The notes under the pieces are model-generated. The model searched no databases. It was not told the origin of the DNA and worked only from the letters and a program-made list of their open reading frames with translations. From positions 1 through 26,903 of IMG/VR virus record IMGVR_UViG_2917413769_000006: 26,903 nt of DNA. The stretch is one strand, 5' to 3'. Shown here one piece after another: positions 16,747 to 26,903 of this stretch. Position numbers and translations under genes: made by a program. How positions within the stretch are numbered: the first letter of the stretch is position 1; each line of letters opens with the position of its first letter. The DNA comes from a virus (Duplodnaviria > Heunggongvirae > Uroviricota > Caudoviricetes).

Positions 16747-17668
16747 GTTGTCTCAGGCCAAAACGGAGCTAAATGCTTCGCTGGTTCAGGGGCTGGAAGA
16801 TATAAGCCGATCTGCATCGGTGACGTTCACAAAGTACATCCGGAAAGTTCTGCCTCTGGATGGCTTTGTTTTCTGGGTGAAGGCGTCGATTCTGGCAGAG
16901 AATCCCGGCAGCGAGCCGGATATCAAAGATGTCAAAGGCTACCTTCACCTGACGACGGAGAGCATTCAGGACGAGGAGCAGTTGTACGATAAAAACGTTG
17001 TCACGTTCACCGCGCAGTCGGATATCGATCCTTTCAACGATATCGGTTCAGAGGTGCTTTATATCGGCGAGTTCTACGGCATTAAGTTTGCCTTTTCCCG
17101 GCGCTCTGGCCTCAATGAGCCCGCCAATATCTACCACTACACCGGCAACGCGATTTACCCGCATATGCTCTCACAGATTATCAGCTCGCCGGATGATATC
17201 GATCTGGATGATGTGGTGGTTTCCAGTTCGCTGCCGATCTGGTTGTCCTTAAACAAAATCATGCCGATGTTCCCGGCGATGCTCTCTGAGCAGAACCTGT
17301 CACCGCCTTATGCGACAGTGAAATGTTCGGCCCCGGCGGGCATTGCTTCAGGTGCGTATATCGATGATACCTCAAGCCAGTGGCAGCTCGTCTCCGAGGA
17401 TGTGACAGTTTCTATCACCGGCCTGAGAAATTCCGATGCTATGGATTTTTTGCTTATGGTGCATCAGTACACCCTGGCGGATGGCGCGGAAATGGGGATC
17501 AACAATATCCCTGTTATCGAAGACAACCGGGTTTCTCAGAACGAGCTGAATATTCTTGCGATGAGAAAAACCATCAAATTCAAAATCAATTACTACCAGC
17601 AGCGGATGAGGAATATCGCCCGCCAGCTGATCACGTCTGCAATCCCGTCCATTTACGTGGAGAAATAG
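16730..17668 (+). CDS. putative neck / tail completion protein
   Basis: 312-aa ORF overlapping the previous gene's end; immediately upstream of the sheath gene. Confidence 0.4.
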   Translation: MPSLSELSQAKTELNASLVQGLEDISRSASVTFTKYIRKVLPLDGFVFWVKASILAENPGSEPDIKDVKGYLHLTTESIQDEEQLYDKNVVTFTAQSDIDPFNDIGSEVLYIGEFYGIKFAFSRRSGLNEPANIYHYTGNAIYPHMLSQIISSPDDIDLDDVVVSSSLPIWLSLNKIMPMFPAMLSEQNLSPPYATVKCSAPAGIASGAYIDDTSSQWQLVSEDVTVSITGLRNSDAMDFLLMVHQYTLADGAEMGINNIPVIEDNRVSQNELNILAMRKTIKFKINYYQQRMRNIARQLITSAIPSIYVEK

Positions 17669-17672
17669 CTAA

Positions 17673-19067
17673 ATGGCAATTGTTAACATTAATATCTCGG
17701 TGACGAATCCGCCTAAGCCGACAAATTTGCTGAAGTCCGGCGCGCTGGTTTCAACAGGAGGAACCACCCTGACGCCGGGGAGTTTCCAGCTGCTGACGTC
17801 AAAAGACGACCTGAAGACGATCGCTACACCGGCGGCGACTATTTCAGCGATGGAATGGGATTCAGGTGTGGTTACCGTAACCCTTGATGAGGCGCACGGC
17901 TGGACAACAGGTGATACGGTACCGGTTGTTATCTCCGATGCTCAACCGGAAGCGTACAACGGTGCGTTCACCGTCACCGCAACCAGCGCCACGGAGTTCA
18001 CCTACCCACTGAGCGACGACCCGGGGGCCGCGACTACCATGGGGACGGTTGCGACCGTCGCCGCGGGCGAAACGGCGCAGATGAATACCACGTTCTGGGC
18101 GCAGGGCTCAAGCCGGGCTGTTTATGTGCTGGAGCTGGGCGACCTGAGTGTGAAATCGGCGGTGGCCGCGCTGAGCACCTTCATTGATGAAGATATCGCG
18201 CTGGGCAATACGTATCAGAAATTCTTCTCCTATCTGGTGCCGCGCGAGTGGGATGCTGAACCGACGTTTAAGACGCTCGCCAATAACTACACTTCGCCGG
18301 GATCGCTGGTGAAATTTTTCGTCACCACCACCATTTCGACCTATGCGGACTGGGTATCAGGAAAATACCCGAATGTTTTTGCGGGGGTTGAGGCTTCGGC
18401 CATTGGCGAAACTGAGTTTTCTATGGCTGCGCCGTTCCAGTCGTCTCTGGTTAACGATCCTGGCTCTTCAAATATGGTTCCGCCGATGGCGTTCCGCTTC
18501 ATGTATGGCGTGACAGAGTATCCGCCAGCGGGTAATGGCACGCTGCTGAAGACGCTGCAGGACAGCAATATCAACTACATCGGCACGGCAGCGGAAGGTG
18601 GGCTGAGCAATAAAATGCTGGTGGCCGGGCATATGCTCGACGGCAACCCGTTTAACTACTGGTACTCAGTGGCCTGGTGCGCACTCAATCTTGAAATCGA
18701 TATTGCGAACGAGATTATCAACGGCTCTAACACCACCGTTAACCCGCTTTATTACGATCAGCCCGGCATCGGACGTCTCCAGCGCCGCAGCCTGAAAACG
18801 CTCCGCTCAGGTATCAGTTACGGCCTGATTCTGGGGCAGGTGATTGATGCGCAGCTCACACAGACAGACTTTAACGAAGAGTACGAGAAAGGCACGTATG
18901 CGGGGAATGCAGTTATCAATGCTGTGCCGTTCGCTGATTACACCAGCCTGAATCAGTCCGATTACGCCGACGGGAAATATAACGGCCTGAGCGCCGTTGT
19001 AACGCCTCGTCGCGGCTTTGAATCCATCACGTTTAATCTCAACGTAACCAATTTTGTGGGGGCGTAA
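17673..19067 (+). CDS. contractile tail sheath protein
   Basis: 464 aa; followed by a 145-aa tube-like gene, a chaperone-like gene and the tape measure, the canonical myovirus order. Confidence 0.7.
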   Translation: MAIVNINISVTNPPKPTNLLKSGALVSTGGTTLTPGSFQLLTSKDDLKTIATPAATISAMEWDSGVVTVTLDEAHGWTTGDTVPVVISDAQPEAYNGAFTVTATSATEFTYPLSDDPGAATTMGTVATVAAGETAQMNTTFWAQGSSRAVYVLELGDLSVKSAVAALSTFIDEDIALGNTYQKFFSYLVPREWDAEPTFKTLANNYTSPGSLVKFFVTTTISTYADWVSGKYPNVFAGVEASAIGETEFSMAAPFQSSLVNDPGSSNMVPPMAFRFMYGVTEYPPAGNGTLLKTLQDSNINYIGTAAEGGLSNKMLVAGHMLDGNPFNYWYSVAWCALNLEIDIANEIINGSNTTVNPLYYDQPGIGRLQRRSLKTLRSGISYGLILGQVIDAQLTQTDFNEEYEKGTYAGNAVINAVPFADYTSLNQSDYADGKYNGLSAVVTPRRGFESITFNLNVTNFVGA

Positions 19068-19070
19068 TCA

Positions 19071-19508
19071 ATGCCAAATCCATTAGTCCCTCAGGGCTTT
19101 CTTAACCGCGTCCGGGGATCGGTGACTATTACCGATCTTCCGGCTCTGAACGTCACGGCATCCTATCTGGGCAAGGATGCGATCAGCATGCGGCCGGATT
19201 CGAACGCGACCGATATTCTCCCCACGCTGACGGGAACCGTCGGCAGCCAGGCTCCCTATCAGCAGGTTACGCTGACCGTGCATCTGCTGAAAACGCAGGG
19301 GCTGGCAGCCAGCTACCAGCAGCGTTTCGCTTCCGATACTTCTCTCGGTGAGGTTGTTGTCACGCCGGATGCGACCACCTTCGGAAACTACACCGTCCTG
19401 AACTGCTATCTCGTCAGCTTTAATGAGATCCCGATGAACGGCATGGACCCGGGTTATGTCGTGACCATTTCCGGCTATCTGACAACGAACGATAAGATGT
19501 GGGGCTAA
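19071..19508 (+). CDS. tail tube protein
   Basis: 145-aa ORF directly after the sheath gene. Confidence 0.6.
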   Translation: MPNPLVPQGFLNRVRGSVTITDLPALNVTASYLGKDAISMRPDSNATDILPTLTGTVGSQAPYQQVTLTVHLLKTQGLAASYQQRFASDTSLGEVVVTPDATTFGNYTVLNCYLVSFNEIPMNGMDPGYVVTISGYLTTNDKMWG

Positions 19509-20095
19509 TTGCTGTGAAAATTGACCGCAAACTGAATTTTGTCAGCACCATCACGCGCGATGATGGCTCTCTGGTTTATCTGCACGTCACGCCTTTCCCG
19601 TATGAGGTAGTAGAGGAAAACTGCGTTCTGCTGGGAAATCTGTTCAATAACTTTTTCACGATGGTCGGCACCGTCGGCGCACCGCGCGTGGCCGCCATGA
19701 TGCTGCGAAAAGTCCTCAAGTCACAGCAGGATAATGGGGCTATGCCGGATGGCACGCCGACGCTGATGGATGATATCGAGCGGCTGACCACCGTTATCTG
19801 GAAAGATGACGGTGTGTGGAAATCGGTTCCCCTGGCGGCGGCATTCAAGGGGGGAATTATCACCCCCGATGAATACCGGGAAGTTGAAGGCGAGGTGGTT
19901 TTTTTTATGGTGAGCTCTGCCATTCAAAAAGCGGATCTGCTCTCGGGAACGATGGGAAAATCGCTCGAAATGTACAGTGGGCAACTCGTCTCATTGAACG
20001 TTATGGCGTATCGCGATTCTTTACCGACGTCGAAAACGGATACCGATACCCCGATCCCGGAAGCCCAGCCGGAACTATCGCACATACCCTCCTGA
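19499..20095 (+). CDS. putative tail assembly chaperone
   Basis: GTG start at 19499 or 19514; located between tube and tape-measure genes. No overlapping alternate-frame ORF of 60 aa or more in the track. Confidence 0.4.
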   Translation: MGLIAVKIDRKLNFVSTITRDDGSLVYLHVTPFPYEVVEENCVLLGNLFNNFFTMVGTVGAPRVAAMMLRKVLKSQQDNGAMPDGTPTLMDDIERLTTVIWKDDGVWKSVPLAAAFKGGIITPDEYREVEGEVVFFMVSSAIQKADLLSGTMGKSLEMYSGQLVSLNVMAYRDSLPTSKTDTDTPIPEAQPELSHIPS

Positions 20096-20218
20096 CGTGG
20101 GCATCAAACGAAGGCTTCCGGGATCTATGCCGGGAAAATGACTGGGGGGATTACAAAAGCCCCCTGCATTTCCGGGAGCGCTTCATTCTGGAAGAAATAA
20201 GGCAGAGGGGCTATTTCA

Positions 20219-22039
20219 ATGGCAGCTAAATCCGTTGTTGAAATTGATGTGCAGGACGAGAAATTTCAGTCGTTTCTTGAAAAATTTGGAGAGTATCAAA
20301 AAGCCCTCGAGGAGCTTCCGGATCAGTGGCGCGGCATTGCCCAGGGCATGGGCGACACGACCAAAGAAACGGAAAAAGCCCGCGGGCTCACCGAGGCCGT
20401 AACCAAAGCGTTCAACGATGGTGTCGCGTCGATAGCGTCGCTGAATGATGGCCTCGACCGGCTTAATGGCAATCTGGAAAAGGCTAATAAAACCCAGTCG
20501 GAGCTCAACAAAAAATCCGGCGGCGCGGGCAAATTCCTGAAACAAGCCAGCAAGGATGCGAAATCGCTCGCCGGGCACATCAAGAATGCGACGACAAGTT
20601 TGCTTTCGTGGGGCTCCGTTCTTGGGCTGTTCTCCGGGCTGGCGGGCGCGGGCAGTCTGTGGGGCCTGAATCGTCTTTCCGGTTCGGCATCCGCGCAGCG
20701 CTTTACCGCGATGGGGCTCGGTACCACGGCGGGCGGTCTGAATTCAGCCGCGATTAATTATCAGAAGATTTTGGGCAACCCAACCGGCACGCTCGGGGCC
20801 ATCCGCGATGCACAGATGGACCTGAGCAAACGCTGGCAGTTTAAGGCGCTGGGTATCGATAACGCCGATCAGGACCCGGCCAAAATGCTGCCACAGCTCA
20901 TACGCGGCGCGCGTGATGCGTTTGTTCGTAGTGGCAGTTCGCAGCAGGGGGCCGAGGCCTACGGGCTGACGAACTATTTCAGCCTGGACGACCTGAACCG
21001 CTTCAAAAAAATGAGCGATGCCGAAATCAACGCCATGACGAAGCAGGCTCAGGTTGACGCGCAAAAGCTCCAGATCTCGGATGCGCAGCTGCGGCAGTGG
21101 CAGGATTTCAATATTCAGCTCGACCGAAGCAAAACCAGCGTTGAGAACACGTTTATTAAAGGCCTCGCGCCACTGGCGCCACAGCTTGGAAAACTCTCCG
21201 ATGCGTTTTCCGGCGCTATCGAAACCGTTCTGAAATCTCCTGAGCTGGGGAAATGGATCGACGGTTTATCAAGTGGCATTCAGCGGTTCGGCAACTATCT
21301 CGCTTCGCCTGAATTCAAAACCGACGTTGAAGCGTTTATGTCCGGTGTTGAACGGATGGGCCGCATGATCGGCAAGGTTATCGACTGGGTAACCGGCAAG
21401 TCGAAAATCACCGTTGATGACGTCAAATCACACTCATCCATTTTGTCTGACAAGCCAGTGAGGGACCCCGGCACTGGGAAAAGTTATGTGCCCGGGAGCG
21501 ACGACGACCCTCGCGTTTGGGGATGGCTGAAGGGAGTACGCCATTTCTTCTCGAGTGGCAAGGTCACGCCTGTTGATCCACAGCAGGCCGATGTGAATGC
21601 GAAAGGCCGGACGATTGCGGACCGGTTCAACAACCCGGCCAACCTGCGCGCGGCTAGCGGGTACGAAACGGCCAATACCAAAAGCGGCAAATTTGCTGTT
21701 TTCCCGACGCTGGATGAGGGCGTTCTTGCCGCGGCAAAACAGCTGCAACTCTACGGCTCCCGGGGTATCAACAACATTCACGATATTGTCGGTAAGTGGG
21801 CTCCCCCGAACGAGAACAACACCCAGGCTTATATTCAGCACGTTGTGAAAGCGACCGGCCGCAGTGAGCACGAAAGTTTGAACCTGGGGGATCCGAAGCT
21901 GCTGGCGAAGCTGATTTCGGCCATGTCGGTGAAAGAGGGGGCGGGCTCGCGTGTCAGCGAGGAGAAAGTTATTCAGATATTCAACAACACAGGCGGAAAC
22001 GCGATTGTTTCAAGCACTCAACTCGGAGGTTACAGCTGA
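20219..22039 (+). CDS. putative tail tape measure protein
   Basis: 606 aa, largest tail gene, coiled-coil-like N-terminal region and Gly-rich hydrophobic segment (WGSVLGLFSGLAGAGSLWGL); position after the chaperone. Confidence 0.55.
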   Translation: MAAKSVVEIDVQDEKFQSFLEKFGEYQKALEELPDQWRGIAQGMGDTTKETEKARGLTEAVTKAFNDGVASIASLNDGLDRLNGNLEKANKTQSELNKKSGGAGKFLKQASKDAKSLAGHIKNATTSLLSWGSVLGLFSGLAGAGSLWGLNRLSGSASAQRFTAMGLGTTAGGLNSAAINYQKILGNPTGTLGAIRDAQMDLSKRWQFKALGIDNADQDPAKMLPQLIRGARDAFVRSGSSQQGAEAYGLTNYFSLDDLNRFKKMSDAEINAMTKQAQVDAQKLQISDAQLRQWQDFNIQLDRSKTSVENTFIKGLAPLAPQLGKLSDAFSGAIETVLKSPELGKWIDGLSSGIQRFGNYLASPEFKTDVEAFMSGVERMGRMIGKVIDWVTGKSKITVDDVKSHSSILSDKPVRDPGTGKSYVPGSDDDPRVWGWLKGVRHFFSSGKVTPVDPQQADVNAKGRTIADRFNNPANLRAASGYETANTKSGKFAVFPTLDEGVLAAAKQLQLYGSRGINNIHDIVGKWAPPNENNTQAYIQHVVKATGRSEHESLNLGDPKLLAKLISAMSVKEGAGSRVSEEKVIQIFNNTGGNAIVSSTQLGGYS

Positions 22040-22755
22040 TGGCGTTCACCCGCGAACTCTACAAACTCGGCTTTGAAATCTCGCCGGTGATCCTTTGTGA
22101 TGGTGTGGCGCAGAGTATTCCCGGCGGCATGCTGCCTGTTGTGGCTCTCACGCAGAGCGCCAGCTACGTGACCGGGCTGCTGGGCGGTGCAATCGAGCTC
22201 ACCGACATGGACAAGTATTTTTGTCACTGGAAGGTCGCCCAGGGCGGAACGATGGTCGATTATGACATTGGCCGCTATCCCTTTGCGAACCAGGCGGTCG
22301 CCGCAAACGCTTTACTGTCTCAGCCGCTACGCGTTCCGATGCTGATGGATGCACCTGTGAATGAAAACACCGGCGCGATGACAAAGCTGGTCACGCTGAG
22401 TGCGCTGCAGATGGTCCTGCAGGCTCATGCCAACCTGGGCGGAACGTTCACGGTCGCAACGCCCAGCCTGATTTACAGCAACTGCATACTGCGCACCGTC
22501 CGCGATGTGACCGGCTCGAATGAGCCGCTGCCGCAGCGACAATGGCTGTGGGAGTTTGAGCAGCCCCTCATAACTGAAACCAGCGCAGAGCAGGCCACCA
22601 ACAATTATTTGAGCAAAATTGACAACGGCGATAAAGCCACGGAAAGCGCCTGGACAAGCACGGTTTCAGCGATCGGCAACACGTCGCTCGGTAGTAGTGT
22701 TTCCGGGGCCATTATTGGCTTAATCGGCAAACTCAGCGGGACATTCAACCTATGA
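22039..22755 (+). CDS. tail/baseplate-associated protein
   Basis: 238-aa ORF with TGATG overlap with the tape-measure stop. Confidence 0.4.
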   Translation: MAFTRELYKLGFEISPVILCDGVAQSIPGGMLPVVALTQSASYVTGLLGGAIELTDMDKYFCHWKVAQGGTMVDYDIGRYPFANQAVAANALLSQPLRVPMLMDAPVNENTGAMTKLVTLSALQMVLQAHANLGGTFTVATPSLIYSNCILRTVRDVTGSNEPLPQRQWLWEFEQPLITETSAEQATNNYLSKIDNGDKATESAWTSTVSAIGNTSLGSSVSGAIIGLIGKLSGTFNL

Positions 22756-23027
22756 GCACTGCGCTTTATCCCTTCTCCGGAAACGAGCAAAAAAGTATGG
22801 CCTTTACGCCGATCCTCGATGGCGAGGTCTACAACTGCCAGACAAAGTGGAATATTGCCGGCCAGCGCTGGTACCTCAATATTACTGATAACTCCGGCGC
22901 GAGGCAGCTGACCATGCCCATCGTCGGCTCACCTGACGATTTCGATATAAATCTGCTGTTGGGGGTATTCAGCTCGACAAAAATGGTGTGGCGCATTTCC
23001 AGCGGGCAGATCGAGGTAATCAACTGA
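22752..23027 (+). CDS. small tail protein
   Basis: 91-aa ORF translationally coupled on both sides. Confidence 0.35.
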   Translation: MSTALYPFSGNEQKSMAFTPILDGEVYNCQTKWNIAGQRWYLNITDNSGARQLTMPIVGSPDDFDINLLLGVFSSTKMVWRISSGQIEVIN

Positions 23028-24070
23028 TGCGCTTTTATGATATCCAGATTTTCAACGCCGCTGATGCCAGCGGCAACCCGGGCGCGTTATACCGGCGCTA
23101 CAGTAGCCTGAAAAATGGCGTCTACAATCCCGGCAGCCTGATGGTCGAATTCGATTTGCTGCGGTTTGGTGAATCGACGCCACAGGGACAAAGCAGCATT
23201 ACGGTGTGGGGTATCAGCCCTCAGGAAATGCAGCAGGCCCGTCAGGATATGTTCGGCAAGTCCATCAAAATGTGGGTGGGCATGTCGAAGGGATTGCCGC
23301 TAGCTAATCCTGCTCAGAGTGGCCTGGTGCTTGATGGAACAATCTGGCAGGTGCTGGGGAACTGGCAGGGAACAGAGTTACGGATGGATCTCATTGTTAC
23401 CGCCGGGGCCGTGTCCAGTGTAAATCCTGCACCGCTGGCGCCCATCAATTTAACCGTGCCCTGGAACAAGGGAATTAAGCTCTCTGTTGCCCTGACGCAG
23501 TGTTTCCAGAATATGGGCGGTGGATATCGTTTCTCGATTAGCGTCAGCGATCGGCTGATCAATAACTTCGACAGCAATATGTTCTGTGGAAGCCTTACTG
23601 AACTTGCGTCAAAACTGAAATCGCTGAGTAAAGGCATCATCCGGGACGCGAATTACTCCGGCGTCGAAATCACGATGGTCAACGGCAAAGAAATCCGGGT
23701 TTTCGACAACGATTTCGATAATCACCAGGATAAAGACTCGAAAAAAAGCGCGTCATACCGGAATAAAAAACCTGTCCAGATTGATTTCAAAGACCTGGTG
23801 GGGCAGCCGACATGGGTGCAGTTTGGCACCGTCAGCATTCCCTGCGTGATGCGCAGCGATATCCAGGTGGGCGATTACATCCGGATGCCGAAGAAGCTGC
23901 GCCCGATGATCCAGGCTTCTTCTTATTCGCAGTTCCGCGACGACTCCGCATTTACGGGCGATTTTCTGGTGTCTTCGGTCCGGTTACTGGGAAACAGCAG
24001 GCAGCCCGATGCAAACAGCTGGGTAACGGTGCTGGAGGCCCATCCAACCGGAGGAATAGCCGCACAATGA
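23027..24070 (+). CDS. putative baseplate hub/assembly protein (Mu gp44/P-like by position)
   Basis: About 347 aa from ATG 23027 (TGATG overlap). Confidence 0.45.
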   Translation: MRFYDIQIFNAADASGNPGALYRRYSSLKNGVYNPGSLMVEFDLLRFGESTPQGQSSITVWGISPQEMQQARQDMFGKSIKMWVGMSKGLPLANPAQSGLVLDGTIWQVLGNWQGTELRMDLIVTAGAVSSVNPAPLAPINLTVPWNKGIKLSVALTQCFQNMGGGYRFSISVSDRLINNFDSNMFCGSLTELASKLKSLSKGIIRDANYSGVEITMVNGKEIRVFDNDFDNHQDKDSKKSASYRNKKPVQIDFKDLVGQPTWVQFGTVSIPCVMRSDIQVGDYIRMPKKLRPMIQASSYSQFRDDSAFTGDFLVSSVRLLGNSRQPDANSWVTVLEAHPTGGIAAQ

Positions 24071-24783
24071 GCCTGAATAAAAAACTGAATTTTGGCGGCA
24101 ATATGCATAGCTTTGCCGACCAGAAGATTGCCGATGCCATGCAAATGGCGGGCAAGGTGTTACCGGCGAGCGTAGTGGCGCGTTCCGGCCACATGATCAC
24201 CGTCTCTTTCCTCCTGCGCGACATACCCTATGTGCTGCCACAAATCACGATACCGCTGTTTGGCCCGGAGTACATTCGCTATCCCATGCGCAAAGGCAGT
24301 AAAGGGATTGTGATCCCCGCTGATACCTACCTGGGCGGCGCCAGCGGCCTCGGCGGGGGAACGGCTGACCTCACGCCGCCTGCAAACCTCAGCGCGCTGG
24401 TGTTCCTGCCGATCAGCAACACCGAATGGCAGGACGTCGATTACAACGTGCTGACGCTTTACGGGCCGGAGGGGATCACGCTTCGGGATTCAGCCAGCAA
24501 GACGACGTTTCTGCTCACGCCGCAGAGCATCACGATCGCCACGCCTTCGCAGTTTCAGGTAACGGTCGGCGGAACGGTGTTAACGCTGACTGAAGGCATG
24601 TGGTCGCTGACAGGCCAGAGCGGAACGCTGAAGGACAGCGCCGCCAGCACCAGCCCACAAATTATGCATGAGGGCTGGCAGCAGCTGCTGCAGTGGCTTA
24701 ATTCACATCAGCACAGCAACGGCAACGACGGGAATAATACCGGAGGGCCGACGTCACAATTCGACGGGAGTATTACTGAATGA
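24067..24783 (+). CDS. putative baseplate spike protein (gpV-like by position)
   Basis: About 238 aa from ATG 24067 (ATGA overlap); Gly/Asn-rich C-terminus. Confidence 0.4.
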   Translation: MSLNKKLNFGGNMHSFADQKIADAMQMAGKVLPASVVARSGHMITVSFLLRDIPYVLPQITIPLFGPEYIRYPMRKGSKGIVIPADTYLGGASGLGGGTADLTPPANLSALVFLPISNTEWQDVDYNVLTLYGPEGITLRDSASKTTFLLTPQSITIATPSQFQVTVGGTVLTLTEGMWSLTGQSGTLKDSAASTSPQIMHEGWQQLLQWLNSHQHSNGNDGNNTGGPTSQFDGSITE

Positions 24784-25112
24784 GAACTTATGGCCGGGAT
24801 GGAGCGGGTAACTGGGTTACGGTCACTACCGATGAAAATGGCTACAACGATGCGGTCTGGCTCACTACCCTGGTGCAGAATTTGAAGCTGGCGCCGCAGG
24901 AATCCCCCTTTTTTGCTAACCACGGTATTCCGGCGAATGGCTCAGTGATTCAGCAGATCCTGCCGACATTTTATGTTAACCGGCTCCAGCAGCAGTTCAG
25001 CCCGTATTTCTCCTCTCTCCAGATAGCGCTGATGGAATCTGACCCGCCCGTATACAACATCTCAGCGATCACAAACTCTGGTTCTAAAATTGTCACACAG
25101 GTATACGTATGA
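24780..25112 (+). CDS. putative baseplate wedge protein (gpW / gp25-like by size and position)
   Basis: 110-aa ORF coupled to neighbours. Confidence 0.4.
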   Translation: MRTYGRDGAGNWVTVTTDENGYNDAVWLTTLVQNLKLAPQESPFFANHGIPANGSVIQQILPTFYVNRLQQQFSPYFSSLQIALMESDPPVYNISAITNSGSKIVTQVYV

Positions 25113-26335
25113 GCGATTTACCCGTTAATTATGATATTGCTGGCCCGGTACCGCAGACGACGGATGCGCTGCGCCAGATGGTCATTGATACCGCAACGCA
25201 GCTCTCCCCGGGCATTACGACAGACTTACCGGGTTCACTGGTCGAAGACATGGTGAGCACCAGCGTCGGTGCGCTGGTTGTCGTGGATCAGGCCCGGGTT
25301 GATTTGATTAACTCCTGCAGCCCGTATGCGGCGAACGTGCACCTTCTGGCGCAGCTCGGCGGGATGTACGGCGTGCAGAAAGGGCAGGGAACAAATACGT
25401 CGGTTTATGACGTGTTTTCCGGGCCGCCGGGCTTTGCCATCCCGAAAGGGTTCATCATCGGTGACGGTACTTACACCTATTCCGTACAGCGCGATACGAT
25501 GATCCCCAGCAGTGGCCAGACAGAGCCGGTGTATTGCCTGGCGACGACGGAGGGAACCTGGGCTGTCCCTGCGGGTTCAGTCAATCAGATCAAAACCTCG
25601 TTGCCGGATGGCATAGCCATCACCTGCACGAATCTTACAGACGGGCTGCCCGGCGCGCAGGAACAAACCTTTGCATCATATCGATCGCAGGTCTTTCAGG
25701 CGGGAATGTACGGCGTGCAGGGAACGCCCGATTGTTACCGAATCGAGCTGAAGAACGTCTATGGCGTGCAGGAGAATCTGATCTCGTATCGGCAGGCTGC
25801 TTTGGGCGCGTGGGTAGCCGTTGTGGGTGGTGGTGATCCGTATGAGGTGGCTTACGCCATCTATAAAGCGGTACCGGACATTTCAGTTTTGACGAATGAC
25901 GTTTCCAACCCGTCCGGCTCGCCCGTCGAGAAAAAAACAATTCCGATCACGGTTTATCCCGATACTTATCAGGTGCCGATGGTGGTTCCCTCTTCACAGA
26001 ATGCCTCCGCGCTGATCACCTGGAATACTGTATCCACCACTTATATTGACCCAACGGGAATTGCGAAGGCCGTTCAGCAAAATATTGCTGACTATATCAA
26101 TGCGATTGCCGTCGGTGAGCCTATCAATATTTTCCAGATTCAGGATATTTTCCTGACGTCAGTACAGGGCCTGGTGCCTGCATCGCTTATTTCGATGATT
26201 GACATCCAGATCGGTATTAATGGGGTGATTGTCCCGCCGTCGGCTGATTCAAGCCTGGTATACGGTGACACTTACGCCTATTTCTCCACTTCCGCTGATA
26301 AAATTCAGGTTAAGCAATATGGCAGCACCTCTTGA
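25109..26335 (+). CDS. putative baseplate J-like protein
   Basis: 408-aa ORF following the small wedge-like gene, as in Mu/P2 baseplate clusters. Confidence 0.45.
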   Translation: MSDLPVNYDIAGPVPQTTDALRQMVIDTATQLSPGITTDLPGSLVEDMVSTSVGALVVVDQARVDLINSCSPYAANVHLLAQLGGMYGVQKGQGTNTSVYDVFSGPPGFAIPKGFIIGDGTYTYSVQRDTMIPSSGQTEPVYCLATTEGTWAVPAGSVNQIKTSLPDGIAITCTNLTDGLPGAQEQTFASYRSQVFQAGMYGVQGTPDCYRIELKNVYGVQENLISYRQAALGAWVAVVGGGDPYEVAYAIYKAVPDISVLTNDVSNPSGSPVEKKTIPITVYPDTYQVPMVVPSSQNASALITWNTVSTTYIDPTGIAKAVQQNIADYINAIAVGEPINIFQIQDIFLTSVQGLVPASLISMIDIQIGINGVIVPPSADSSLVYGDTYAYFSTSADKIQVKQYGSTS

Positions 26336-26903
26336 AACGATTATTCCGGCGTATCCGTACACGCAGTACAACGATGACCCGAACATCGTGGCCTTTTTCC
26401 AGGCCTACAACAAAATCGTCCAGGGTTATCTGGATTATCTGAATTCGTTAAATCTTCCGTGCTGGACGTCACCGGCTATCACCGGGGATCTTCTCGACTG
26501 GATTGCTTTGGGCATTTACGGAGAGACACGCCCGTTATTGCAGGTATCTCAGGAAGCGATAGCTAAGGGGGCTTATAACACCATTGACTACAACACGATC
26601 CCCTATGCCGGGATGAAAAACTTCGTGCCAGGCGCGACGACCTATGTAGTCGATGATTACTTCAAGCGGATCCTGACCTGGAATTTTTATAAAGCCGACG
26701 GTTTTCAGTTCAATCTGGACTGGTTGAAAAGGCGCATCGCACGCTTTCTCTGTGGTCCGAATGGCATTGATCCTCCCGTAACTAACACCTTTGATATTTC
26801 TGTCGTTCCGAACAACGGTGTATTCGTGATTATCCTTCCTGATTCAACTGACAGCGTCGGGGTTTTTCTGAAAGAGGCAATAGAGCAGGGGATCGTAAAG
26901 CTG
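26319..26903 (+). CDS. putative tail protein (gpI-like), 3'-partial at window end
   Basis: ATG at 26319 opens a frame that runs without a stop to the end of the window (MAAPLETIIPAYPYTQYNDDPNIVAFF...); not in the supplied ORF track because it has no stop. Confidence 0.45.
   Translation, partial: MAAPLETIIPAYPYTQYNDDPNIVAFFQAYNKIVQGYLDYLNSLNLPCWTSPAITGDLLDWIALGIYGETRPLLQVSQEAIAKGAYNTIDYNTIPYAGMKNFVPGATTYVVDDYFKRILTWNFYKADGFQFNLDWLKRRIARFLCGPNGIDPPVTNTFDISVVPNNGVFVIILPDSTDSVGVFLKEAIEQGIVKL

Noticed and set aside
20096-20218. Second, frameshifted tail-chaperone ORF or terminator between the chaperone and tape-measure genes
   Set aside because: No alternate-frame ORF of meaningful length; the GGGGG...CCCCC hairpin around 20143-20165 lacks a following U-tract, so neither a frameshift product nor a terminator can be supported.
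1-26903. CRISPR array or other long interspersed direct repeats
   Set aside because: No regularly spaced repeat-spacer pattern seen; the only repeats are the 15-bp tandem duplication, the 16-bp IS-flanking repeat and the in-gene coiled-coil repeats.

Overview
This window reads as the late half of an enterobacterial prophage, almost entirely on the + strand, preceded by a decayed, IS-disrupted left flank. From left to right: a small ORF whose 3' end is interrupted by an IS2-like (IS3-family) element (271-1606); a 5'-truncated Pin/Gin-type DNA invertase fused at a deletion junction (~1988-1999) to a C-terminal fragment of a C5-cytosine methyltransferase; a small ribbon-helix-helix-like ORF; a strong sigma70 promoter overlapped by a canonical LexA box driving a 63-aa ORF; nin-region-like genes (DUF1367-like, YbcO/DUF1364-like) and a Q-type antiterminator; a 444-bp non-coding interval with three terminator hairpins; a lysis cassette (two holin-like membrane proteins, GH19 endolysin, Rz-like i-spanin with embedded lipoprotein o-spanin); an unknown moron; terminase small (frame-disrupted in poly-A tracts) and large subunits; portal; Mu F-like head morphogenesis protein; a Nudix-hydrolase domain fused to a scaffold/protease-like head protein; head proteins and a terminator; neck proteins; and a contractile tail module (sheath, tube, chaperone, tape measure, Mu/P2-like baseplate genes) running off the window end. 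No integrase, repressor or replication genes, and no tRNA, rRNA or CRISPR array, are visible. The strongest candidates for undescribed biology are the Nudix-head protein fusion and the LexA-controlled small gene upstream of the Q/late region. All family assignments are from reading the translations by eye; no database search was run.
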